Source: Bryobacteraceae bacterium (lineage in GTDB: Bacteria > Acidobacteriota > Terriglobia > Bryobacterales > Bryobacteraceae). Taken from it: a DNA stretch of 64,000 nt. The DNA is taken from the NCBI GenBank assembly GCA_947458745.1, contig CANGYQ010000014.1, forward strand, positions 61,084 through 125,083, read 5' to 3'. The position numbers were made by a program, and so were the translations under genes. The notes below the pieces were generated by a model, which saw nothing but the letters and a program-made list of their open reading frames with translations, ran no database searches and was not told the origin of the DNA. Numbering within the stretch: position 1 is the first letter of the stretch; every line of letters begins with the position of its first letter. Of the stretch, positions 54,243 through 62,626 are shown in pieces.

Positions 54243-56009
54243 ATGCGATTCTTTACAACCCTTCTCCTCGTCTCCACCGCCTTCACTCAAGTGCATGACC
54301 CGCGCAATATCGTAACGGGCACCGTGATCCCCGATGAGTTCTACGCCGACCAGCCCTATATCGTCAAGACCAACGACGGCGCCTGGCTGTGTGTCATCAC
54401 GACCGGCCCGGGCCAGGAAGGCGCCGGCGGCCAACACGTGGTCAGCCTGCGCAGCACCGACCAGGGCAAGACGTGGGAGAAGGCCGTCGACATTGAGCCC
54501 AACGACGGCCCCGAAGCTTCTTACGCCGTGATGCTGAAGGCCACCTCCGGCCGCGTCTACGTCTTCTACAACCACAACACCGACAACATCCGCCGCGTCA
54601 TCGGCGACAAACCCGCCTACAAAGACGGCTGGGTGACGCGCGTCGACTCGCTCGGCCACTTCGTCTTCAAGTACTCCGACGACCACGGCCGCACTTGGTC
54701 GAAGGAACGCTACGAGATTCCGCAGCGTGACTTCGAGATCGACCGCAAGAATCCCTACCAGGGCAAAATCAAGTTTTTCTGGACCGTCGGCAAGGCCTTC
54801 GCCCACAAGGGGGCTGGCTATGTGCCGCTCCACAAGGTGGGCGGCTTCGGCGATGGATTCTTCACGTCGAGTGAAGGCGTGCTGCTGCGTAGCGCGAACA
54901 TCATGACCGAGCGGGACGCAAAGAAGATCACGTGGGAGACGCTGCCCGACGGCGACATCGGCATCCGTACGCCGAAAGGCGGTGGCACCATCGCCGAGGA
55001 GCATTCGTTCAGCGTGATGAGCGATGGCTCGATCTTCTGCGTCTTCCGCACCATCGACGGCCATGCCGCCCATACCTACAGCCGCGACGGCGGCCGCACC
55101 TGGGAGCCCTCGCAATACATGCGCTTCGCCGACGGACGCCTAATGAAGCATCCGCGTGCGGCGAACTTCGCCTGGCGCGCCGAGAACGGCAAATACCTCT
55201 ACTGGTTCCACAATCACGGCGGACGCTTCATCCGCGAGCATCCGCGCCAGCGCACCAACGCTTATGAGGAGCGCAATCCCGTCTGGCTTTCGGGCGGCGT
55301 GGAAGCGGATGGCCCCATGGGCAAAATCATCCGCTGGTCGCAACCGGAGATCGCGCTTTACGACGACGACCCCATCATCCGCATGAGCTATCCGGATCTC
55401 GTCGAAGACGGCGGCAAGTACTATCTCACCGAGACACAAAAGGACGTCGCCCGCGTGCATGAGATCGATCCGGGGCTGCTAGTCGGCCTCTGGGGTGCTG
55501 CTGAACGCCCCGTGCCGGGCCAGGCCGCCACAAACGTCGTCTTCTTCCAGCGCTCCAAGCGCGCCGACCATGGCAAGGAAGATCTGCGAGCGAGTTTCTC
55601 GCTGGATCTTTGGGTTAACCTCTCCAGCCTTGAGGCCGGTCAGACGCTGCTCAGCAGCGCCGGCATGGCGCTGCGTACCATTGCTGGTGGCGCAGTGGAA
55701 CTCACGCTGAACGATGGCCGCTCGGAAAGCCGTTGGGCGTCGGACCCGGGTTCGCTTGCCGCCGGCAAACCTCAGCACATTGTAGTGATCGTGGATGGCG
55801 GGCCGAAGATTATCAGCTTCGTCACCAACGGCCAATTCAACGATGGCGGCGAGCACCGGCAATACGGCTGGGGCCGCTTCAGCCCGAACCTCAAGAACGT
55901 GATGGGTCTGGGCGAGCTAGCGAAGTCGCCGGCGGTGCTGAAGCTCAAGGTCTTCAATCGCTACCTCCGCACCGCGGAGGCCATTGCCAGCTATCGCGCA
56001 GGCCAATAA
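54243..56009 (+). CDS. BNR/Asp-box repeat glycosidase (sialidase-like) with C-terminal LamG-like domain
   Basis: Three Asp-boxes: 'STDQGKTW', 'SDDHGRTW', 'SRDGGRTW'. The C-terminal 'LDLWVNLSS...HIVVIVDGGPKIISFVTNGQFNDGG' is concanavalin/LamG-like. No FRIP motif seen. Confidence 0.7.
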   Translation: MRFFTTLLLVSTAFTQVHDPRNIVTGTVIPDEFYADQPYIVKTNDGAWLCVITTGPGQEGAGGQHVVSLRSTDQGKTWEKAVDIEPNDGPEASYAVMLKATSGRVYVFYNHNTDNIRRVIGDKPAYKDGWVTRVDSLGHFVFKYSDDHGRTWSKERYEIPQRDFEIDRKNPYQGKIKFFWTVGKAFAHKGAGYVPLHKVGGFGDGFFTSSEGVLLRSANIMTERDAKKITWETLPDGDIGIRTPKGGGTIAEEHSFSVMSDGSIFCVFRTIDGHAAHTYSRDGGRTWEPSQYMRFADGRLMKHPRAANFAWRAENGKYLYWFHNHGGRFIREHPRQRTNAYEERNPVWLSGGVEADGPMGKIIRWSQPEIALYDDDPIIRMSYPDLVEDGGKYYLTETQKDVARVHEIDPGLLVGLWGAAERPVPGQAATNVVFFQRSKRADHGKEDLRASFSLDLWVNLSSLEAGQTLLSSAGMALRTIAGGAVELTLNDGRSESRWASDPGSLAAGKPQHIVVIVDGGPKIISFVTNGQFNDGGEHRQYGWGRFSPNLKNVMGLGELAKSPAVLKLKVFNRYLRTAEAIASYRAGQ

Positions 56010-56026
56010 GGACGCGCCGTCAGTTA

Positions 56027-57739
56027 TTGGCGGTCCCGGCCGTGGCGGCCGCCCAAACACGTCCGCCTAATATTGTTTTGATCCTCACCGACGACCAGGG
56101 CTGGTGGGACGTAGGCCGCAATGGCAACACGGCGATCGAAACACCGGCGATGGACCGCCTGGCCGCCGAGGGCGTCAGCTTCCAGCGCTTCTACGCCTCG
56201 CCGGTGTGCGCGCCCACACGGGCCAGCATCATGACGGGCCGCTACTATCTGCGCACGGGAATCTACAACACACGCTTCGGCGGCGACACCCTGGATGCGA
56301 ACGAGATCACCATTGCTCAACTGCTGCAGACGCGAGGTTACCGCACGGGGCTATTCGGCAAGTGGCATCTGGGGCACTATCGTCGCTTCCATCCGGATCG
56401 GCGTGCCTTCCACCGGTGGGTCGGCTTCACGCAAGGGCACGTGGAGCGCTACTTCCATCCCGATCAGTTGCTCGACAACGGCAAGCCCGTCAAGGCGCGC
56501 GGCCACCTCACCGATCTCTTCACCGATTGCGCCATCGATTTCGTCAAGGACAATCGCGAGCGCCCGTTCTTCCTCTACCTGGCCTATAACGTGCCCCATT
56601 CGCCCAACTACGTCGAGAATCGTTGGACCGAGCGCTATCTCAAAAAAGGAGTGCCGCTCGAAGATGCGCAAATCTACGGCATGCTCTCGCACTGCGACGA
56701 GAACATTGGCCGCTTGCTGCGTACGCTGGACGACCAGGGCCTGCGCGATAACACACTGGTTGTCTTCCTTTCCGACAATGGTGGCGTCAGCAAGTACTTC
56801 AAGGCCGGATTGCGGGGCCAGAAGGCCAGCGCCTACGAAGGCGGTATCCGCGTGCCGTGCTTCCTCCGCTGGCCGGGACGCATCGAGCCGGGCACCGAGG
56901 ACAAGTCAGCGCGTGCGGCCATGGATCTGTTTCCCACCATCGCCGAAGTGGCTGGTGTGCCCATGCCGAAGGATCGCCCCATCGATGGCAAGAGCCTGCT
57001 GGCGCCGCCGCCGGATCGAGCGCTGTTTCACATCTGGGACCGCTTTCAGCCAAGCCTGAGGAGCAATTGGTCGATCACGCGCGGCCGCCATAAACTGACT
57101 CGCACGGAGCTCTTCGATCTGGAGGCCGATCCATCTGAAAAGGTGAACCTCAAGGCACAACAGCCAGAAGTTGCCGCCCGTCTGCAGCGCGAGTTTGAAA
57201 CATGGCTCGCCGAGATGACGCGCGGCCGCCGCTTTGAGCCCGCCGCCATCGAGGTCGGCCGCGCAGATGACAATCCCGTGGAGTTGCATCCGAGTTGGGC
57301 CATCGTGCCGGGTACCAACGTCACCTGGGCCTCGCCCGGTGGAACGCCTTCCAAGCCCGAGGCGTTGCCGCGAAGCGGCGCGTCCACCGTCAACTACAGT
57401 TTCGCGGGCTACGACTGGGACACCATTGACAGTTGGCGCAAACCGGGCGATGGCGCGGAGTGGAAACTCAACGTAGTGGCGGCCGGCCGCTATCGGGTGC
57501 GATTCGCGTACGGCTGTCGTGCTTCGGCGGCGGGCGGCCGATGGCGCCTTGAGGTCGGGCGTTCCGTGCTCGAAGGAGTTGTCTTGGCAACGCCCGGCCG
57601 CAACGTGTTCCAGGAGTTCGACGTCGGCGAACTTCGTCTGGCTGCGGGGCTAGTCATCGCCCGCATCTCGGTGACCCAAGAGCGTAAGGAGGAACTAATG
57701 GCTCTGAACAGGATCTGGCTGGAGCGCATCGGCCGGTGA
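56027..57739 (+). CDS. arylsulfatase-family sulfatase with C-terminal beta-sandwich domain (start codon ambiguous)
   Basis: 'PNIVLILTDDQGWWD' and 'SPVCAPTRASIMTGRY' (CxPxR formylglycine motif), plus 'GKWHLG'. In-frame start candidates are TTG 56027 and ATA 56006. Confidence 0.85.
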   Translation: MAVPAVAAAQTRPPNIVLILTDDQGWWDVGRNGNTAIETPAMDRLAAEGVSFQRFYASPVCAPTRASIMTGRYYLRTGIYNTRFGGDTLDANEITIAQLLQTRGYRTGLFGKWHLGHYRRFHPDRRAFHRWVGFTQGHVERYFHPDQLLDNGKPVKARGHLTDLFTDCAIDFVKDNRERPFFLYLAYNVPHSPNYVENRWTERYLKKGVPLEDAQIYGMLSHCDENIGRLLRTLDDQGLRDNTLVVFLSDNGGVSKYFKAGLRGQKASAYEGGIRVPCFLRWPGRIEPGTEDKSARAAMDLFPTIAEVAGVPMPKDRPIDGKSLLAPPPDRALFHIWDRFQPSLRSNWSITRGRHKLTRTELFDLEADPSEKVNLKAQQPEVAARLQREFETWLAEMTRGRRFEPAAIEVGRADDNPVELHPSWAIVPGTNVTWASPGGTPSKPEALPRSGASTVNYSFAGYDWDTIDSWRKPGDGAEWKLNVVAAGRYRVRFAYGCRASAAGGRWRLEVGRSVLEGVVLATPGRNVFQEFDVGELRLAAGLVIARISVTQERKEELMALNRIWLERIGR

Positions 57740-58929
57740 TTACTCGGCGCAACCTGCTGGCCGCGCTTGCGCCCGCGCCGCCCCAGCTCAACTACATCCT
57801 GGTGCTCGCCGATGACATGGGCTACGGCGACGTCGGCCCGCACACGCCACATCTGAACCGGTTGGCGGCCGATGGCGTACGCCTCAAGGATCACTACTTG
57901 TGCTCGCCCGTCTGCTCGCCGGCCCGCGCCGGGCTGATGACGGGTTTGGTGCCCGATCGCGTCGGGATCACGGGTGTGCTGCGCGAACAGCACGACGCCC
58001 ATCATGGCCTGGCGCTCGGCGCTAAAACAATGGCCGACCACTTTCGCGCTCGCGGCCTCAAAACCGCCCTGCTCGGCAAGTGGCACCTCGGCATGAGTGC
58101 CCCGTATCATCCCAATCGCCGTGGCTTCGACTACTTTTGGGGCTACCTCAACGGCATGCACGACTACCGTACGAACCTCTCCGCTGGTGGAGGCGGCAAG
58201 GGCACAAGGCAGACGTACGAGAACGAAACTCCCGTCGAGCTCAAAGGCTACTTGCCCGAGTTGCTGACCCGTAAAGCGGTGGAGTTCGTCGAGCAGCATC
58301 GCAATCAACCCTACTTTCTCTACCTGGCCCATCCGCTGCCGCACGCCCCGTTGCAGGCTCCAACCGGCTTCGCGTCGCAGGAACCGCGCGACGTCTATGG
58401 CGCTATGCTTTCGGCGCTGGATGAGACGATCGGCGCCGTGCGCGGGGCGCTCGAACGGACGGGGCAATGGGATCGCACGGTGATGGTCTTCCTGTCCGAC
58501 AACGGGTGGGTCAAGAAGGTCTCGCCGGATCAGGCCCCGCTCGGCAGCAACGGACCGTTCCGCGGAGGCAAGTACGAACTATTCGAAGGCGGCATCCGTA
58601 GCCCTTGCATCGTTCGTTGGCCGGGCCTATCGCGGCCCGGCACCATCGCTAAGACGCCCACCTGGTTCGCCGATTGGCTGCCGACCTTCACCGGCGTCAA
58701 GACGCGCGCCGGCCGCGATATCCGCGACGTTATCGCCGGTCTCAAAGGGGATGAAAAACGGCTGCTGGCCTGGCGCTTCGAAGACGCGCTTGTCAAGACG
58801 CCGCTAACCTTCGCTGCCCGCCAGCGCAAATGGAAGCGGCTCAATGACGATGTCTACGATCTTGCCGCGGACCCGGGTGAGCAATATCCCATCCGGTCGA
58901 ACAGGCTGGAGAAAGAGCTCAATGAGTGA
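57736..58929 (+). CDS. arylsulfatase-family sulfatase
   Basis: 'NYILVLADDMGYGDVG', 'SPVCSPARAGLMTG' (CxPxR), 'GKWHLG' and 'VMVFLSDNG'. The GTG start overlaps the upstream stop (GTGA). Confidence 0.85.
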   Translation: MITRRNLLAALAPAPPQLNYILVLADDMGYGDVGPHTPHLNRLAADGVRLKDHYLCSPVCSPARAGLMTGLVPDRVGITGVLREQHDAHHGLALGAKTMADHFRARGLKTALLGKWHLGMSAPYHPNRRGFDYFWGYLNGMHDYRTNLSAGGGGKGTRQTYENETPVELKGYLPELLTRKAVEFVEQHRNQPYFLYLAHPLPHAPLQAPTGFASQEPRDVYGAMLSALDETIGAVRGALERTGQWDRTVMVFLSDNGWVKKVSPDQAPLGSNGPFRGGKYELFEGGIRSPCIVRWPGLSRPGTIAKTPTWFADWLPTFTGVKTRAGRDIRDVIAGLKGDEKRLLAWRFEDALVKTPLTFAARQRKWKRLNDDVYDLAADPGEQYPIRSNRLEKELNE

Positions 58930-59320
58930 AAGGCGCAACTCGCCACGCCGGTGTAATCTCGGAGGGCGAATGGCGCGTATCGTACAGATTTTGAGGCGTT
59001 TGCGATGAGCTCGGGTCTTTCTCGCTTTTCGGGTCCCTGCGGCGCGGGACACCCTCGCGGAGGGGGGAGGCGCGTTTCGGATTTGCGTGAGGGTGTTTGA
59101 ATTGTGATGAATCGCGGCCAAGGCGCACAGCCCCCTCCACTTTATCGTTGCACGCGAGAGGCTAAGAAATTGCGGCTACGCGCGTAAGTGATAGGAGTAT
59201 CGGACGAAAGAAGCCCAGAGTGTGAATCGTAAACGACGGCCTAGCGCTTTCCTAGCGAGCCAGAATCTGATATAACAATTTCTCGATTGGTAGGCGACTC
59301 GAAATGGGATTGCACTTCTG

Positions 59321-59833
59321 ATGAACTTTTCCGCCTTCGTTCAGTGGCTCGATGCGACACCGGGCAGTGTTGCCTTGCGCGAGTCGATGCTCGGCTATCC
59401 GATGATCGAGACCATGCATGTGCTGACGCTCTGCTTGTTCCTGGGTATGATTGCGCTGGTCGATCTCCGGCTGCTCGGTCTCGGTTTTCAGTCTATTCCG
59501 GTATCGGAGGTTGCCGGGCGGTTGCTCCCCATCGGGCTCGCCGGCTTCGTTCTGATGGCTGTCAGCGGCGCCCTGCTGTTCTATTCCGGGCCGATCCGCG
59601 CCTACGGCAATATCTTCTTCCGTATCAAAATGGCGCTGATTATGCTAACCGGCATCAACGCGCTGGTCTTCCACTACACCATTTACAAGCGCGTGGCCAG
59701 TTGGGATCGCGATCCCATTCCGCCTCTGCGCGCACGGCTTGCCGGACTGTGTTCGCTGGTGCTTTGGAGTGCGGTTGTGGTGTGCGGCCGCATGCAGGCC
59801 TACAATTGGTTCGAAAAAGCGCCGGGAGCGTAG
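59321..59833 (+). CDS. hypothetical 4-TM membrane protein (DUF6644-like; assignment from memory), paralog 1
   Basis: Four hydrophobic helices. Shares 'RES..(5)..P(M/V)IE..H' and 'VDLRLLG(L/F)G' with the next gene. Confidence 0.6.
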   Translation: MNFSAFVQWLDATPGSVALRESMLGYPMIETMHVLTLCLFLGMIALVDLRLLGLGFQSIPVSEVAGRLLPIGLAGFVLMAVSGALLFYSGPIRAYGNIFFRIKMALIMLTGINALVFHYTIYKRVASWDRDPIPPLRARLAGLCSLVLWSAVVVCGRMQAYNWFEKAPGA

Positions 59834-59842
59834 AGCATCACC

Positions 59843-60307
59843 ATGGACCTTCTTCCCTTTTTCCAGCAGCTCGAAGCCACCACCGTCGGCCGCGTGGTCC
59901 GTGAATCGCTTTGGATGTTCCCCGTGATCGAATGCGTGCATCTGCTTGCGCTGGCGCTGCTGGGGGGCGCGGTGCTGCTGGTCGACTTGCGGTTGTTGGG
60001 CTTTGGCTTGGTGAATCAACCGGTGGATCTACTTGCCCGCAAAGCCGACCCGTGGCTGCTGGCCGCTTGGATGGTGATCATCGCTACCGGCATCCCCATG
60101 TTCCTTTCCGAAGCGACCAAATGCTACTACAGCCCTCCGTTCTTTTACAAGATCGGTCTGTTGGTGATTGCTTCCGTCTACACCTTCACCTATCGCCGGC
60201 GGGTGACCAGGGAATTGGCGTATGGGCGAGCCCCGCTGACCGCGTGCGCTTCGCTGGCGCTATGGTTCGGGGTTGGCTTCGCCGGCCGTTGGATCGCTTT
60301 TTACTAA
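59843..60307 (+). CDS. hypothetical 4-TM membrane protein (DUF6644-like), paralog 2
   Basis: Tandem paralog of 59321..59833, separated by a 9-nt gap. The track ORF 59911..61146 is an out-of-frame shadow. Confidence 0.6.
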   Translation: MDLLPFFQQLEATTVGRVVRESLWMFPVIECVHLLALALLGGAVLLVDLRLLGFGLVNQPVDLLARKADPWLLAAWMVIIATGIPMFLSEATKCYYSPPFFYKIGLLVIASVYTFTYRRRVTRELAYGRAPLTACASLALWFGVGFAGRWIAFY

Positions 60308-60318
60308 GGCAGGATGAA

Positions 60319-61146
60319 ATGACGCGCCTATTGTTGATTGCAGCATTGATGTTCGCCGCACCTGGCGCTCCGGCTCAGGTGCGGCTTCCCCGTTTGCCCA
60401 ACGGCAAGCCGGACTTCAACGGCATCTGGCAGGCGGCCAGTTCCGCCCACTTCGATATCGAACGCCACATGGCCCGGCACTCCCTGATGTTGCGCGACGG
60501 TCCCTACGGTCCGTTGCCTGCGGTGCCCACACTGGCACTCGGCGCCGTGGGCGCGGTTCCAGGCGGCATGGGTATTGTGGAGGGCGGCAAGATTCCCTAC
60601 AAGGCGGAGGCGCTGAAACTACGCGACGAGAACCGCCAGCACTGGATCGAGCGAGACCCGGAGGTGAAGTGCTATCTCCCCGGGATTCCGCGCGCCAACT
60701 ACATGCCGTTCCCGTTCGAAATTGTGCAGAACGCGAGCCAGTTCTTTTTCTCCTATGAATACGCAGGCGCCCATCGCGACGTGCTCTTCAAAGATCCGGG
60801 GCCGGCCGAAACCGACACTTGGATGGGACAGGCGGTGGGCAAATGGGAGGGCGATACGCTGGTGATCGAAAATTCGGGTTTCAACGACCAAACTTGGTTT
60901 GATCGCGCCGGCAATCATCACTCCAGCCAACTGAAGGTGGTGGAGCGGCTGAAACTGATGACGCCTTACCACATCCAGTACGAAGCAACCATCACCGACC
61001 CCGAAGTGTTTACCGGCCCCTGGAAAATCGCGCTGCCGCTCTATCGCCGGATGGAGAAGGACCCGCGCATCATGGATTTCCGTTGTGTCGAGTTCGTCGA
61101 GGAGCTAATCTACGGCGAGCACCGGCGCAATCCGCTGAAACGTTAG
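60319..61146 (+). CDS. hypothetical periplasmic protein, paralog A
   Basis: Signal peptide MTRLLLIAALMFAAPGAPAQ. The motifs 'GKPDFNGIW', 'WEGDTLVIENSGFNDQTWFD' and 'LKVVERL' are shared with the next gene. Real start at ATG 60319. Confidence 0.65.
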   Translation: MTRLLLIAALMFAAPGAPAQVRLPRLPNGKPDFNGIWQAASSAHFDIERHMARHSLMLRDGPYGPLPAVPTLALGAVGAVPGGMGIVEGGKIPYKAEALKLRDENRQHWIERDPEVKCYLPGIPRANYMPFPFEIVQNASQFFFSYEYAGAHRDVLFKDPGPAETDTWMGQAVGKWEGDTLVIENSGFNDQTWFDRAGNHHSSQLKVVERLKLMTPYHIQYEATITDPEVFTGPWKIALPLYRRMEKDPRIMDFRCVEFVEELIYGEHRRNPLKR

Positions 61147-61162
61147 TTGAGGAGGATGGAAG

Positions 61163-62173
61163 ATGCGTAGCACCGTCATCAGTTTATTGTTTGCGCTGGC
61201 GGCGAACGCCGCCGATGGCCCGCGCACCCCCGAGGGTAAACCCGACTTCTCGGGCGTCTACGACATTGCGTCGCTCACGCCTTTGGCGCGCCCCACGCAA
61301 TTCGGCACGCGGCTGGAGTTGACCGATGCCGAGGCGGAGGCGCTGGCGAAGAAGGTGATGGCCGCCGTGGCCGCCGACAGTCGCGCCAGTGACCCCAACC
61401 GCAAAGCGCCTACCGCGGGTGGGGATGTTGGCAACTACAACCAGCTCTGGTACGACCGCGGGACCATGGCCGTGAAAATCGGCGGCAAGTGGCGTACCTC
61501 CATCATCACGGACCCGCCCGACGGCCGCCTGCCCGAGCTCACGCCAAAGGGCAAGGAGATTGCGGCCCGAAACGCACTACAGAACCGGACCACGGGCGCC
61601 GCGTTCTGGATTACGGAGAACTTGAAGCCGGGTCCGTTTGACGATCCAGAACTTCGTCCGCTCACCGAACGCTGCCTGGGCACCTTCGGTACGTCGGCCG
61701 GCCCGCCCATGTTGCCGGCCGGCTACAACAACCTCAAACAGATCGTGCAAACCAGAAACCGGGTTCTCATCCTGAACGAAATGATTCACGACGTACGCAT
61801 CGTCCGGATAAACGCCGAGCACGACCCGCCCGACATGCGCCGATGGTTCGGCGATTCGGTGGGCCATTGGGAAGGCGACACGCTGGTGGTGGATACCACC
61901 AACTTCAACGACACACCCGGGCTTTTCTCGGCTTCTCGCAACCTGCACGTAGTGGAGCGCTTCACCCGTCTAGACGCAAATACGCTCAGCTACAAGTTCA
62001 CCGTGGAAGATCCGACGATATGGGCCAAGCCCTGGAGTGGCGAGGTGGCCTGGCCAAAGACCTCGCAGCGGCTCTTTGAATACGCTTGCCACGAAGGCAA
62101 CTACTCGTTCATGGGCATTCTGAAAGGTGCGCGAATGCTGGAGGCGGAAGCGCTCCAGAAGACGTCGAAGTAA
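61163..62173 (+). CDS. hypothetical periplasmic protein, paralog B
   Basis: GAGGAGG SD and signal peptide MRSTVISLLFALAANAA. Motifs 'GKPDFSGVY', 'WEGDTLVVDTTNFNDTPG' and 'LHVVERF'. Confidence 0.65.
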   Translation: MRSTVISLLFALAANAADGPRTPEGKPDFSGVYDIASLTPLARPTQFGTRLELTDAEAEALAKKVMAAVAADSRASDPNRKAPTAGGDVGNYNQLWYDRGTMAVKIGGKWRTSIITDPPDGRLPELTPKGKEIAARNALQNRTTGAAFWITENLKPGPFDDPELRPLTERCLGTFGTSAGPPMLPAGYNNLKQIVQTRNRVLILNEMIHDVRIVRINAEHDPPDMRRWFGDSVGHWEGDTLVVDTTNFNDTPGLFSASRNLHVVERFTRLDANTLSYKFTVEDPTIWAKPWSGEVAWPKTSQRLFEYACHEGNYSFMGILKGARMLEAEALQKTSK

Positions 62174-62191
62174 GAAGGAGGAGAAGGATCG

Positions 62192-62626
62192 ATGAAGAGA
62201 AAGACCGTTTTGATTGCACTCGCGGCCAGCGCGCTCCTGTTTGTCCGGGTAGGCCAGGTGGAGGCTCACCACGCCTTCGGCGCGGAGTTCGATCCGAATC
62301 GCCCCATACTGCTCAAGGGACCCGTGAAGCGCGTCGAGTGGATCAACCCGCATACCTGGATCCATGTCGAGCACACCGACGAGAAGGGGAATAAGGAAAT
62401 CTGGATGGTGGAAGGCGGTACGCCCAACAGTCTGCTGCGGCGTGGCCTGAAGCGCGACTCCCTCAAACTCGGCCAGATCGTGATTGTCGATGGATATCAG
62501 GCGAAGGACCGCTCCCATCGCGCCAACGGCCGCGATGTTACGCTCCCCGACGGCCAGAAGTTTTTCATGGGCTCTTCCGGCACCGGCGCGCCCTATGATC
62601 AACCCGGCAAGGACCAGCGCAAATGA
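62192..62626 (+). CDS. small periplasmic protein (DUF6152-like; assignment from memory)
   Basis: AGGAGGAG SD. Signal peptide ends ...VGQVEA, so the predicted mature N-terminus is HHAFGAEFD. Beta-rich body of about 120 aa. Confidence 0.6.
   Translation: MKRKTVLIALAASALLFVRVGQVEAHHAFGAEFDPNRPILLKGPVKRVEWINPHTWIHVEHTDEKGNKEIWMVEGGTPNSLLRRGLKRDSLKLGQIVIVDGYQAKDRSHRANGRDVTLPDGQKFFMGSSGTGAPYDQPGKDQRK

Noticed and set aside
53117-55115. Minus-strand ORFs 53117..54142 (341 aa) and 54198..55115 (305 aa); likewise 57490..58467, 22167..23252, 20898..22079 and 62968..63918
   Set aside because: All are antisense to plus-strand genes with strong motifs (DUF1592, BNR, sulfatase, OMP, PQQ). They have shadow-ORF composition.
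54243-56009. Calling the BNR protein a bona fide exo-alpha-sialidase (GH33)
   Set aside because: Three Asp-boxes are present, but I could not find the FRIP/RIP arginine motif near the N-terminus. It is kept as 'sialidase-like BNR glycosidase' pending an HMM or CAZy check.
55733-56026. Upstream extension of the sulfatase ORF (track start 55733), and similarly 59911..60318 for the periplasmic paralog A
   Set aside because: Both extensions overlap the well-supported preceding genes (BNR enzyme; 4-TM paralog 2) in another frame and precede the recognisable signal peptides.
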